64,000 nt of DNA from Octopus sinensis (Eukaryota): positions 26,164,001 through 26,228,000 of the forward strand of contig NC_043014.1 of the NCBI RefSeq assembly GCF_006345805.1, written 5' to 3'. Below, one piece after another: positions 1-11,796 of this stretch (position 1 is its first letter; each line of letters begins with the position of its first letter). Made by a program: the position numbers and the translations under genes. The notes beneath the pieces are model-generated. The model made no database searches. It had not been told where the DNA came from and saw only the letters and a program-made list of their open reading frames with translations.

Positions 1-793
1 TAAATAGTCTTGACTATTAATTCTGCCATGAAAGGAAACCGCTGGGTCGGCGGATTTCCAAGATATAGCCTTCCTGATTATCACAGATCCTCCTCCATGT
101 TTAACAGTTGGAAGAAGGCAGTCTGGGTCAAATGCTTCTTTTGGCTGTCAGGATGACTCGTCCGAGAAAATAACATTCTTCCACTGCTCTAGGAATCAAT
201 TCTGTAGGTTTTTTTATCCACCCTAAACGCTTTGCAACGTTTGTTTTTGAAAGTAGTTCTTTTCTGATTGCAAATCCGGCTTTGTGCAGCTCCCGAGGAA
301 CAGTTTTTGTTGAAGCTGAGTTCTCGAGGTGGTCATTAAGCTCTGCAGTAATTTGGGAGCTGTACTTTTGTGGTCCTTTCTAACAATTCGCGTAAGAGTC
401 CGACGGTCCCTATCTGAAAGTTTTGGTTTTTTTCCGAGGTTTTGTTTCGACAAGGAGGTTTTTCCCTCTTTCTCAAAGGCTGTCATTACTTTCGAGACAA
501 TACTTCTTTATAAACCAAACATTTCGGCTGTTTTCGTTACGCTAGTGCCTGCCATACAAGCACCAACAGTTTGACCTCTTTGAAAGTCCGATAGATCTGT
601 CATTTTAATGAATTTTAATTACGTTTTTCTGAAAATATCTGAAAAGAAAGAGCAATTTTTGCAAAACATATTAAGCAACACTAATAATAAATCAAAATAC
701 ATAAAAATAACCAAGCTTTTGACGGTTTTATAGATAGTTCAAAATTGTGATGCAATGATGCAAAGTGTTTCCATTATTTTGTCCAAACTTGTA
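1..793 (-). mobile_element. Tc1-like DNA transposon, 5' part (TIR plus decayed transposase N-terminus to first catalytic D)
   Basis: Minus-strand translation from 603: MTDLSDFQRGQ...GKKPKLSDRDRRTLTRIVRKDH..., then WKNVIFSDES and PTVKHGGGSV. Stops and frameshifts are present. TIR-like end TACAAGTTTGGACAAAATAATGGAAACAC at ~765-793 next to TA. Confidence 0.9.
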
Positions 794-1531
794 TATGAAT
801 ATCTTAACCGTGGTCTAGGATGCTTCACATCGGTAGCGTAATTTAAACATTACAATATGAATACCGTGCTACAGCAAAATAATAGCAATAATAGTTTCAA
901 GCAAAGTGAGTGAGTTGGTCGATTACTTCGACTGCAGTACTTCCCTTGTACTTTAATTTATTGGGACCACGGAAGGATGAACGAAACTGGGTATTATCGA
1001 ATGATCTAGCTGACCTCGAGATTTGAACTCCTTATGTTTAGAGTCGAAACGAAATAACGAAATACATTTTTGTACTTTTTTCACTATTTTATTAACTTGG
1101 CACCCACAAAGATAAATGAAAAGTTAGAAAAGCAAGGTGTAATGAAAATACGCCCTCTCTTTGACATGATAGTCAGGAAATATTCTGCTAAACAAGTGGA
1201 ATTCTTGACACATACCTCATGTCTTTCAAATGCCTGTCTTGGTCTCACCCTCTACCTTTCCTTCCTCCATCGAAATATGTGATGTCTGCTGATACTGGGA
1301 TCTAGTTAGTGACGTAAAAGAGTAGGGCTAGTAAATGTGTGTATACTTGATGTCTATTACTTTACAGTTTGAACAACGAAACCGCTGTGGTATCATTCAC
1401 TTCGTGTTGAAAACAAACCGTCAAAACCTAACAATCACGTTTTATATAAAAAATAAAGCACTGTTACTCAAGATGTGACGTCTGGACGTTTATGTATGTG
1501 AACTTGTTTATTCCTATATGTGTATATGTTT

Positions 1532-1533
<2 letters not shown>

Positions 1534-1570
<37 letters not shown>

Positions 1571-1739
1571 TGAGTGTGTATATGTGTGGTGTGCGTATGT
1601 GTGTGATGGTGCGTTTGTGTATGCTAGTTGGTTGAGGTGATGAGGCTCCGCTTGGATTGCTAGTTCCCTTGATCTCTGATTCAATGATGATCACATACAT
1701 ACATACATATATACATACATACATACATACATACATACA

Positions 1740-1770
<31 letters not shown>

Positions 1771-1780
1771 GAATGTATAT
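1534..1780. repeat. (TG)n and (TACA)n microsatellites, representative of dozens across the window
   Basis: Directly visible; these repeats generate the CV/YI/HT low-complexity ORFs in the track. Confidence 0.95.
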
Positions 1781-2024
1781 GCAATGTACATATATGACTG
1801 TATATTAATTCTTTCTGTGAAACATGCTCGGAGGTGAGTCATATACTTGCCGAAATAATTGAGGTAATGTTCTCATTACACCAGTATTTTTAACTGGATT
1901 TTTTCTCCCTACTTTTCTTTTTCTGTCCTTCTTGCTGTCTCTCGTTCTGTGTCTCTCCTATATATATATATGTGTGTGTGTGTACATGCGTATATATATA
2001 TATATATATTTATATATTTATAAA

Positions 2025-2790
2025 CTAAATTAGAGATAAAACCACTATTAGGCAACTCAAACAGTGATAGACATAAACCAAAACATAAAAAACAAAAAAT
2101 AAATATAATTAATATAATATATATATGAAATATAAAATTTAAAATTTTAATATTTTAAAATCCTTTAATTTTTAATTTTTAATTTTAATGTTTAATTTTT
2201 TTAACCTTAAAAACAAATATTTAACATAAATGGGTTGTATGAAATAATCCTAATGTTTTAAGTTTCTAATTTAGATAATAGAGTTTTATTTTATAAAAAA
2301 ATTATTATTTTATTTATTTCTTTAAAAATATTGTTTGACTATTTGCTTATGTATTTAACTATTATCATTAACCTGAAGATTGACTATAATTTTAAATCGA
2401 ATTTTCAATTGAATTTAAACTTAATTGTAATTCGAATTTAATTTAGTCATGAAACGTACGTTGTGTTTTTACTTATTATATTATATATAACTTTTTTATA
2501 CTTTTACGTTAGTTAAAAAATAAAAAAATAAAAAATTTAAATTAAAATTAAAAATTTTTAAATATAAAAATATAAAAATTTTAAATTTTAATAATTTAAC
2601 TTTTAAATTTTATATTTTATATATATATTATATATTATATTAATTATATTTATTTTTTGTTTTTTACGTTTTGGTTTATGACTATCACTGTTTGAGTTGC
2701 CTAATAGTGGTTTTATCTCTAATTTATATTTATAGTGTGAAATTTGATTTAATCCTAAATCTAATTTTTCCCTGTAAGTTTGGATATACT
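2025..2790. repeat. AT-rich repeat with ~100 bp inverted arms (2025-2130 vs 2633-2725); same family as 38131-38777 and 42580-43240; probably PLE-derived
   Basis: aaattagagataaaaccactattaggcaactcaaacagtgatagacataaaccaaaac is reverse-complemented at ~2660-2725. The internal 2220-2500 segment matches 42720-43020. Confidence 0.75.
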
Positions 2791-2815
2791 CCCTAATATT
2801 ATTATCATATATATA

Positions 2816-2873
<58 letters not shown>

Positions 2874-3208
2874 CATATACACACAAATATGTGTGTATGT
2901 GTGCGTATGTTTACATATATAAATACGTACATGCATGCATGCATGTATACATACATACATACATACATACATACATACATACATACATACATACATAAAT
3001 GCATACATACTACCGTTAAGGCTATCTCAAGTTTCACCTTAACGGAAATTGCGAAGGATGACCGCACATTTCAAGATACGCTCGAAAACTTTTCTCGTAT
3101 AGATAGAACTGAAGAACGTAAAATCACGCTTTAGCAAACAAAAGGATGCTTCTCAAAATGTTCACTAAGATCAAAGTATTATTAACTATTCGGAAACCTG
3201 ATCACAAC

Positions 3209-3240
<32 letters not shown>

Positions 3241-3289
3241 GTATATATACTTTATTTAAAGCATATTATTCTACCACTGGTATTTGAGT

Positions 3290-4609
3290 ACTCTTTTTTC
3301 CACCTCGTTTCACATTTATATGTTTACTCCGGTATATATATATGTATATATAGGGAGAATTCTTAAAAAGAAAAGACGAAGACAGTTGCTGTAGACAACA
3401 AACAGATGTATTAGTATAACGCTCGGGAAGTGAAAAATCTTTAACGTTTCGAGCCTACGCTCTTCCACAGAAAGCAACACAGAAAGAAACAAGAAGAGAA
3501 AATAAAGACTGTGTAGTGGCTAGCGATCTATCATGACGAATGACAGAAGGAGAGCTAGGGAGAAGGGGAAATAATAAAGTAGTGGTGATCCCAAAACGAA
3601 GGTATACTTCCGTGTGTATAAGAGAGTTTGTATGTGCGTGTGGAAGATGGCTGATGGTCTTGACATGTGCGTGTGTGTATGCATAGGTGTGAAAATGTGG
3701 GTCTGGAAGTTGTCGCTGCAGATGTGTGCGTGGTGTTGTGTTGGGATGCGATGTGTTGTATGGTATGGTGGTGTAAGTTGTAGTGGTATGGTGTGATGGT
3801 GTTGGGAGTTGGAGGAGGTGAGAGTGGGGAAAGCAAGGGTGGGGTGTCGGTTATTCTGAGGGTGGGGTAGAGGTGGGGTATATGGGTAGGCGAAGGGTTG
3901 GGGTAGAGGTTGGGCATGTGGGAGTGGGTGTAAGGGATGGGGCGGGTGGGATGGGTAAGGGTAGGAAAGGTGGGATGGATGGGTAGGGGTGGGGTGACGA
4001 TGAACGGGAATGAGAAGGTGGGTAGGAGTGAAGAAAAGAGAGAAGGAGAGTAGGAGTGAAGTGAAGAAGTAGGAGTCGGAGCAAGAGAGGACAGGTGTGT
4101 TGGAGGAAGTAGGTGTGAGGGGGAGAGAGAGGCGAGGGGAGGAGAGTTGAGCCCATGTGGCGGAAAGGAGCGAAGAGAGAAGATTAATCCCTGTTCACGG
4201 CGCAAACGGGAGCCCGGATGGCCCCTTTGCAAGGACATCCGAATACGGACAGAGTGACCGTTAGACGGAAATGGCGCGAGACTGGGGTGTCATTACCGAG
4301 TCGGATGTCTCGGAGGTGTTCCGCGAACCGGTCAGCCAAGCGGCGTCCCGTTTTCCCGATGTATAGAGAAGGGCAGAGAGAGCAGGGGATGCAGTAGATG
4401 ATATTGGTAGAAATGCAGGTAAAGGAGTCGGTGATATGATAGGGTTGATGATGGGTGCCGGTGAAGAGAGTGGTGTTGGAGAGGTAAGGGCAAGTGCGGA
4501 AGCATGGGCGGGAGCAGCGGAACGAGCCGGATTGAGAGGTTGGGTTAGGGAAGAAGGTGTGGACCAAGAGGTCTCGTAGGCTGTGGGCTCGTTTGAAGGA
4601 GGGGTCTAT
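3290..4609 (-). mobile_element. 5'-truncated Penelope-like element: GIY-YIG endonuclease remnant, long purine/pyrimidine-skewed 3' region and terminal repeat
   Basis: SFKRAHSLRDLLVHT linker, C-rich finger (CSRPCFRTC), CSLCPSLYIGKTGRRLADRFAEHLRDIR (4184-4567 ORF), and a hammerhead-like motif at 3439-3474. Confidence 0.9.
3439..3474 (-). ncRNA. Minimal type-I hammerhead-like motif (A6 mutated to U, likely inactive)
   Basis: CTTT-CTGTGGA-A-GAGC(GTAG)GCTC-GAA-ACGT-T-AAAG: stems I and II pair, and stem III is the palindrome ACGT. Confidence 0.6.
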
Positions 4610-4820
4610 TGTTGTGGAAGGATTCTGACCACTCTACAAGTGACTAAAAGGTGGACTGACTCATTGTTATAAAACAAAGAATTGTCAGCGATTGGCAGTT
4701 CCTGTTGTTAGCAGTCCACTGTGAGCCTTTGATATAGAGCAGTGAGTCTCGTATGGTAATAGTGCGTCGTGCATATACTTTCTCCCCTCCTCAGCTTCGC
4801 TATATTATATATCCAATACA
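4610..4820 (+). repeat. 5' LTR
   Basis: Begins TGTTGTGGAAGGATTC; homologous to 5965-6181. Confidence 0.85.
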
Positions 4821-5964
4821 AGGATATAAAAGTGGCGACGTGTTGTTCGAAGCTTGCGTTGGGGTTTAAAAATCAAAGAAAAAATCGTTTTAACATGCAA
4901 GACTTATTGGCTTCAGTGGTGCAGCTGCAACAGCAACAGCAGCAACAACAACAGCAATTACAACAGCAACTACAATAGCAGTAGCAGCTACAAAACCAAC
5001 AATTGCTGGAATTAATGTTGTAAAGTCTGAAGATACTTCAGGTTCGTACTCGTTTAGACATCGTAGCAAACTCATTGGAAGAATTCAGCTATAATCCAGG
5101 GATTACCTTCTCGGCATATTTTCGTAGATACGAAGAAATCTTCAAATAACAGTGGAAAAGTTGGTCCGACAAAAAAAATGTACGACTACTTTTAAGAAAG
5201 TTATCCCCTGTTGAAAAATATAGTAATTATATACTGCCGAAGAAGCCAGGAGAGATATGGAACTCAATTTACCTCAGACGAGTTCATAAAATTTTGCAAA
5301 ATGTTTGTTATCGAATATGTGACCACTCCGTCCTATTATCTGAGATCAAAGGGACAAGTGGAGCGTTTTGTTGATACTCTCAACAAGGCATTGGAAAAAG
5401 TGAACAAGGAAGTTATGGACGATTTTCCACTTCAACAATTTCTAAGAGTGTACCGAGTATTACCTAATCTGAACACACTGTCGAGAATGTCACGCGCTGA
5501 ACTGATATTTGCTACAAAGGTCAGATCTGTTTTTGATAAGCTGATACCTAGTGAAAATAAAAAAAAGGCGAACAACAAAAATACTTCAAAATTCTTCAAG
5601 TTAGATGTTTTTTTCTAAATCTATAGATATGGTAATGAAAGCTGGGATGGGAAGATGGTGTAATAATTAAACGAATTGGAAGAATGATATTCCTGGTAAA
5701 AGGGAAAATGTCGAATACAAAATACATATTAACCATCTTAAGAAAAGATTCACGGAAAAAAACAATCACGAGAAATGAAGTCCCTATGGAAGTATTGTAC
5801 GACACGTTTGAGGTATCAACACCCAAACAATTTGAAACTATACCTTCTAGGACCAGAAAATGGAAAAGAACAGAAACATCTGAAATGAACCTTAAACCTA
5901 AGAGATATTAAAACTCGGAGCGGAGTTCAAGAAGATAGGGGAGACTGATTCTAAAAAGGTGAGA

Positions 5965-6181
5965 TGTTATGGAAGGAATCCGACCCCCATGTGACTAAAA
6001 GGTGAACTGACTCATTGTTATAAAACAAAGAACTGTCAGCGATTGGCAGTTCGTGTTGGTAGCAGTTCACTGTGGGCCTTTGATATAGAGTAGTAAGTCT
6101 CATGTAATAGTAATAGTAGTGTGTCGTGTATATACTTTCTTCCCACCCTACTTCTTTATATCATATATCCAATAAATTACA
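5965..6181 (+). repeat. 3' LTR
   Basis: Begins TGTTATGGAAGGAATC directly after the PPT and ends TTACA. Confidence 0.85.
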
Positions 6182-6278
6182 CACACACACACACACACAC
6201 CACACACACCACACACACCACACACACACCACACACACACACACGCATACACACACACACCACACACACACACACACA

Positions 6279-6323
<45 letters not shown>

Positions 6324-6331
6324 TATATATA

Positions 6332-7480
6332 CTAACAGAATTGCCCGGCGATGCTCGAGGCTGAATTGCTTCAAAGTACTGTTAATGATTGCACTGAATT
6401 ATGATGATTATTCAGGCAAATATTGATATAAGTTTACGGTGGGAGATAAGGACTTAACGATCAAACGTGTACCATTGCATTGTTTTGGGGGAACCAAATT
6501 TCTGATGAGCATTATAGGGCCACCAACTTTAAGTTTGAGAATGTGTGGTGGTAGTCCGGGGGGCTCAAAGGAATTGAGTACCTCTATTGGATAGATGATG
6601 ACGTCCTCTGGGTCAGGAGGTATCGATGGACTGATATACATAGACTTCCCCAGGAATGAGTTTTAGCATTTCATCATTAATATGGTGAACAGTTTTATTC
6701 CTTAAGGCCAGAATAGCCCTTTGGCCAATCCAATCCATATTCTGATAATTAGCTTGTAGATCTGGGAACACTGCATCTCTGAGATCAGAAGGCGTTTTAA
6801 CAATGGTACAAATGGAATCGATGGCAATATTACCATTTTCATTCTCTGGTATTTTGCCTTCGCCAAGTGCAAGGAGGGTGTGAGAAAATGCTGCTGATGT
6901 GATATTAAGTCGCATATGAGCACGCATATTGGTGTGAAGTTTGAGAGTCTTCACCAGTGGCCACAATGTGGATGACTTAAGACACGCACTTACTGCATCA
7001 GCTGTAGTCCCTTTGGGAATAACGAGAAGTGTTTGTCAGAAGTCCCTTGAAAGATGAAGTGTTATGCCTCCCATGGGAGGTGAAGAGTGTTTGATGTCTC
7101 TGAGAGATCTATCTAGTGCCTCAAGAGCATGTCTGTGGGCCATCGTGCATTCATCCCAAACGATAAGCTTGCTTCAGCTAGGACAATGCCTTGTGTTCGC
7201 CTAATCTCAGCCAATATTAATTTGTTGACAAAAGTTTTCCCAGTGCCCCCAGGAGCGTCCAGGAAAAAAATCCTCCCAGTTTTGGCCCGGACTGAATTAA
7301 CAACGGAGTTGTAAGCGAACTTGTGTTCTGGAAGGAGCTTTGGCTCATTGTCGGCTATGTACTCGGCAAGCTCATCAACATTAAAACATGTCTCACGCAG
7401 CAAATGTGAAGACAGAGTGTTTGTGCCTTCCCGGTTTGTTGAAGGTAGGCCATAGACCGGCAAGGCACTACCGCCCATAT
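6332..7480 (-). mobile_element. Helitron deletion derivative with Pif1-type helicase fragments and 3' terminus
   Basis: FLDAPGGTGKTF (motif I), [37 protein letters not shown]...CNGTRLIV. 3' end is a hairpin (CTCGAGCATCGCCGGG) followed by TTAG|T at 6332. Confidence 0.9.
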
Positions 7481-7632
7481 CAAGTACAGTATCTTCGAAC
7501 GTAGTTTGTTACTACACAGCCACACCTGCCCCTATGTATGTGTGTGTGTGTGTGTGTATGGGTAGATATATTATGCATGTATATATGTGTATATATATGT
7601 GTATATATATGTGTGTACATATTACATGTACA

Positions 7633-7714
<82 letters not shown>

Positions 7715-8316
7715 AAATACAAAATACAAAGTTATATCTTGATTTCGCTAGTGATAACAATACTCAAAATATATTACAGACTGGAATTGTAGGCCCGTCT
7801 CTTGCAATTTCGATCAATTGGATCTTGTATAGAAGTGTACGGCTGCAGCGAAATTCATTTTTGAACTTACTTCTATGGAAGGCATTTTAACAAAAATGCT
7901 TCCGTAAAGACGGTGAAAATATTGTCAATTTCCCCAAACAGGGACACAATTCAATTTTGAAACAATAACCAAAGCCCCTTCTCCGAAAGGGGGAGGTTTA
8001 CGGTTTACAATTATTTAACAAATGCAACACAACAACGTTTCCCTTACGAGGAACCAACAAACGTGATTACAATAGTCAAACAGTAATAATAATAACAACA
8101 AACCTTTTTAATTTATCCCCATTTATGTGAAACCACTTATTCAAGTTCAAGTCATTGATGCAATTGTATACGAATTGCTAATACACACACACATAATAAG
8201 GGTGAAAAATTGAATATTAATTTGATTAATATGAATTGAAAACCAGTGGTGTAGCATATAAGACCATACCGGATCTTCTAGCAAAAAGGATGACCAGTAT
8301 GAATGGCTCATCCGTG

Positions 8317-8377
<61 letters not shown>

Positions 8378-8489
8378 CACACGCACACACACACACACAC
8401 ACACGTTAGCTTACAATTTTCTTTCAACAATTGACACTGTCATATATATGTTGGCGTGTGTATGTGTGTAAAGAGGAAGTGGGAGTTAT

Positions 8490-9084
8490 AGGCAGAGTAA
8501 AGCCTTTGAAGTGAAAGAGGGAAATGGTAAAATATTGAGTTTTCTCGAATTTTTGCTTAATTGGGGGTCAAATTGAAAGAAATTTGTATGCCATGACCGA
8601 ATGGAAGTACTTGGAAAAATAATAGGTAAACACTAATTGAAGAAATTGTGTGAGGAGTAAATCGTTATGTATTTATTTGTTTCTGTTTGCTGTGTATTAT
8701 TTTTTGAGTAGTGGTTCAAGGTACACTTGCAAAGAGAAAGTAGGAGAAATTAGGGTGATAGCATGAGTGAAGCAGTTCATCCCTGTTATATAACTAGTTT
8801 CACTTTAATTGTTGCACACTTGCAAAGAGAAAGTAGCAGAAATTCTGTTGGTAACAGTAGGAGTGAAGCACTTTAAATGAAAGAGGGAAATGGTAAAATA
8901 TTTACTTTTCTCGAATTTTTGCTTAATTGGGGGTGAAATTTAAAAAACTTTACATGCCACGACCCGATGAAATCTACTTGTAAAAATGATAGGTAAATTC
9001 CAATTGAAGAAATTCTATATTGTAGAATTGTATAAAAAAACAAACGGTTTAGGAGGCAGATAAAATCTGCCTTTTATCATAAGA
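8490..9084 (-). mobile_element. Non-autonomous Helitron-like element (5' TC terminus at 9084) with internal ~140 bp direct duplication
   Basis: 5' end TCTTATGATAAAAGGCAGATTTTATCTGCC is shared with 11110-11160; 8500-8640 repeats at 8875-9020. Confidence 0.65.
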
Positions 9085-9619
9085 CTACCAGTATCGCCCG
9101 GCGTTGCTCGGGTTTGTAAGGGAAATAACTATATAAGCATTTTTAGAGAGTTATAGCCCAAAAATAGCAAAAAATGCATTAAAAATGGAAAAAATATGAT
9201 GGTAAATTTTTTTTAAAATCGTTGACTCATGTAGACGCTTTCTTAGCCATTTCTGTTTTGGTGTCTTCAAGCCATGAAGTCGTTGTTCTAAAAGAACGCT
9301 GGTCTCCTTGACAACACATTACGACGTTGATTTCCTTACACTCCCTTCCCCACAGGTGCAGGTGTGAGCGTGGACGCCAACTCCGCCGCCATCGACACAC
9401 GAAAAATTATGCATTAAAATGGAATAAAAAATGATGTTAAATTATTTTTAAAATCGTAGACTCATCGTAGACGCGCGCTAATACTCAGACGGGCTTGATA
9501 TGAATCACGACTATAAACTACCCGAATTTGGTTAAACTGCACCGCAAAATGTGGGAGTAGTTAGGAATCTAAATCGAAGGGGACAGACACTCACACAACT
9601 ACAGTTTTATATATATAGA
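9085..9619 (-). mobile_element. Complete ~535 bp non-autonomous Helitron
   Basis: A|TCTATATATATAAAACTG 5' end; CCCG-AGCAACGC-CGGG hairpin followed by GTAG|T at the 3' end. Confidence 0.8.
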
Positions 9620-9639
9620 TATACATAGCGCAGTAGTGG

Positions 9640-10167
9640 TGAGATGTGACAGCAAAGAAAAGCATACATTCACTCTCTGCATGCAATTAGACTCGGAAAG
9701 TTCGTGAGGAACCCATTGACCCAATTTGCTGACTTTTCCGATAGCACACAGGTCTCAATGAATGGTTGAATGACCAAATCCAAGCTTCTCTGCTAGTTCC
9801 TCAACAGTTACGATGAGATTTTGTTCCACCAGGGTTTTCAGGATGTCCTTGTCGAGTTCTACAGATCTTTCAGGATGAGGCTCGTCTTCTAGGCTCTAGT
9901 TTATGGCTCGGAATTTCTGGAACCACCATTGACACTGCCTTACGCTTATTGTCCAATCCCCATATACTGCATTAATATTTCTTGTACTTTCCGTTGCGTT
10001 GTTGTCTTTATTGAACTCATAAAGCAAAATATGCCAAATATGCTCCTTTGTTACTTCCAATATAGCTTTGAAAAAAATAGCTGTTAAAATCGAAATGCAC
10101 TCTTCAAAACTTGCACTATGAATAAGGACAAGATAAAATTACTACCTGCTTTTATAGCAAGTTAATA
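9640..10167 (-). mobile_element. mariner transposase N-terminal remnant with probable 5' TIR
   Basis: EHIWHILLYEFNK...QWWFQKFR...SLEDEPHP...GKVSKLGQWVPHEL, with internal stops. Confidence 0.85.
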
Positions 10168-10671
10168 TAAGTAGTTTATCCCATTCCCCTCTGACTTTTA
10201 GTTCAAGCTGTTGAAAAACCGCATTATTATATATATATACATACATACATACATATACACACACACTCTCTCTCTCACACACATGCACACATTTATATTC
10301 TGTTATTCTTTTATATGTTTCAGCCTTGAGGTTGTGGCCATGCTGGATCATGTGTGTGTGTGTGTGTGTGTGTCTATCTGTCTGTCTGTCTGTATGTATA
10401 TATGTATATGTATGTGTGTGAACAATAATATTTTCAACAGATGTGTTGCAAATGTATCTGATTGTTCTCAAGCTTCAATACTGTGTGTGTGTGTATATGT
10501 GTGTGTGTGTATGTATGTATGTATATGTATGTATGTATGTATATGTATGTATGTATGTGTGTGTGTGTGTATGTGTGTGTATGTATGTATGTGTGTGTGT
10601 ATGTGTGTATGTATGTATGTATGTATGCATGTATGTATGTATGTATGTATGAGTGTATGTTTACTTTATTA

Positions 10672-11160
10672 CTAACACAAGCCACTACGGTTATTTAATG
10701 TAAAGTCTTCCTCAATCACTCTCTCGCTATTTACTCTCTTTCCAAGAACATTTTCACTCACTCTTAGCTCTTAGCTTCCCATACATTTTACTCATGTATC
10801 TATCAGCGTCATAGACTGAAACAAATATTACATCGCCATCGTCATCGCATTCTATTGTCTACCTGTCAACACACTGAATTACTTTCACTTTATTCGTAAC
10901 ACACTGTGTGTGTGCGTTTGCGTGTGCTGTAAACCAGACTAAGAAAAGCATTTGACATACACACCAGAATGTGAGTTTTCTGTAAATTTTGCTTAATTGG
11001 AGTTTAAATTTTAAAAACTGGAGCTGGCATGACCCGATGCATTCTACTCTTAAAAATGCTAGGTAAATTGTAATTGAAGAAATCCTATATTGTAGATTTC
11101 TATAAGATACAAAGGGAGGCAGATAAAATCTGCCTTTTATAATAAGAGATTATAATAAGA
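10672..11160 (-). mobile_element. Non-autonomous Helitron-like element
   Basis: 5' A|TCTCTTATTATAAAAGGCAG; shares modules with 8490-9084 and 38950-39200; possible TTAG|T end near 10672. Confidence 0.55.
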
Positions 11161-11184
11161 GATTATAATAAGAGATATAATAAG

Positions 11185-11266
<82 letters not shown>

Positions 11267-11660
11267 GGCGCAGGAGTGGCTGTGTGGTAATTAGCTTGCT
11301 AACCAACCACATGGTTCTGGGTTCAGTCCCACTGCGTGACATCTTGGGCAAGTGTCTTCTGCTATAGCCCCGGGCCGAATAATGCCTTGTGAGTGGATTT
11401 GGTAGACGGAAACTGAAAGAAGCCTGTCGTATATATGTATGTGTGCGTGTGTTTGTGTGTCTGTGTTTGTCCCCCTAGCATTGCTTGACAACCGATGCAG
11501 GTGTGTTTACGTCCCCGTCACTTAACGGTTCGGCAAAAGAGACTGATAGAATAAGTACTGGGCTTAGAAGGAATAAGTCCCGGGGTCGATTTGCTCGACT
11601 AAAGGCGGTGCTCCAGCATGGCCGCAGTCAAATGACTGAAACAAGTAAAAGAGTAAAAGA

Positions 11661-11661
<1 letters not shown>
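11267..11661 (+). mobile_element. Full-length tRNA-derived SINE (uninterrupted head, i.e. empty Tx1 target site)
   Basis: GGCGCAGGAGTGGCTGTGTGG (A box), GGTTCAGTCCC (B box), core, internal TG repeat, 3' tail GGCGGTGCTCCAGCATGGCCGCAGTCAAATGACTGAAACAAG(TAAAAGAG)n; multiple copies in the window. Confidence 0.9.
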
Positions 11662-11710
<49 letters not shown>

Positions 11711-11796
11711 TATTTTTAAAATTTTTATCTAGTTTCAGCTCACAAGCTGTGGCCATGCTGGGGCACCGCCATTTGGTGTTGCTACATGATTTTACT

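Larger units (their letters stand above)
4610..6181 (+). mobile_element. Internally deleted Ty3/Gypsy LTR retrotransposon with both LTRs
   Basis: LTRs at 4610-4820 and 5965-6181 (TG...CA, clearly homologous); PBS-like TGGCGACG at 4833; PPT AAAAAGGTGAGA at 5953-5964; gag start MQDLLASVVQLQQQ at 4895; integrase GTQFTSDEF...GQVERFVDTL at ~5260-5400. Confidence 0.9.

Noticed and set aside
3555-4238. 227-aa Pro/His/Ser-rich ORF
   Set aside because: Product of the pyrimidine-skewed PLE 3' region; no domain signature.
11275-11340. tRNA gene
   Set aside because: The A/B boxes belong to the SINE head; there is no full cloverleaf and the sequence continues into the SINE core.
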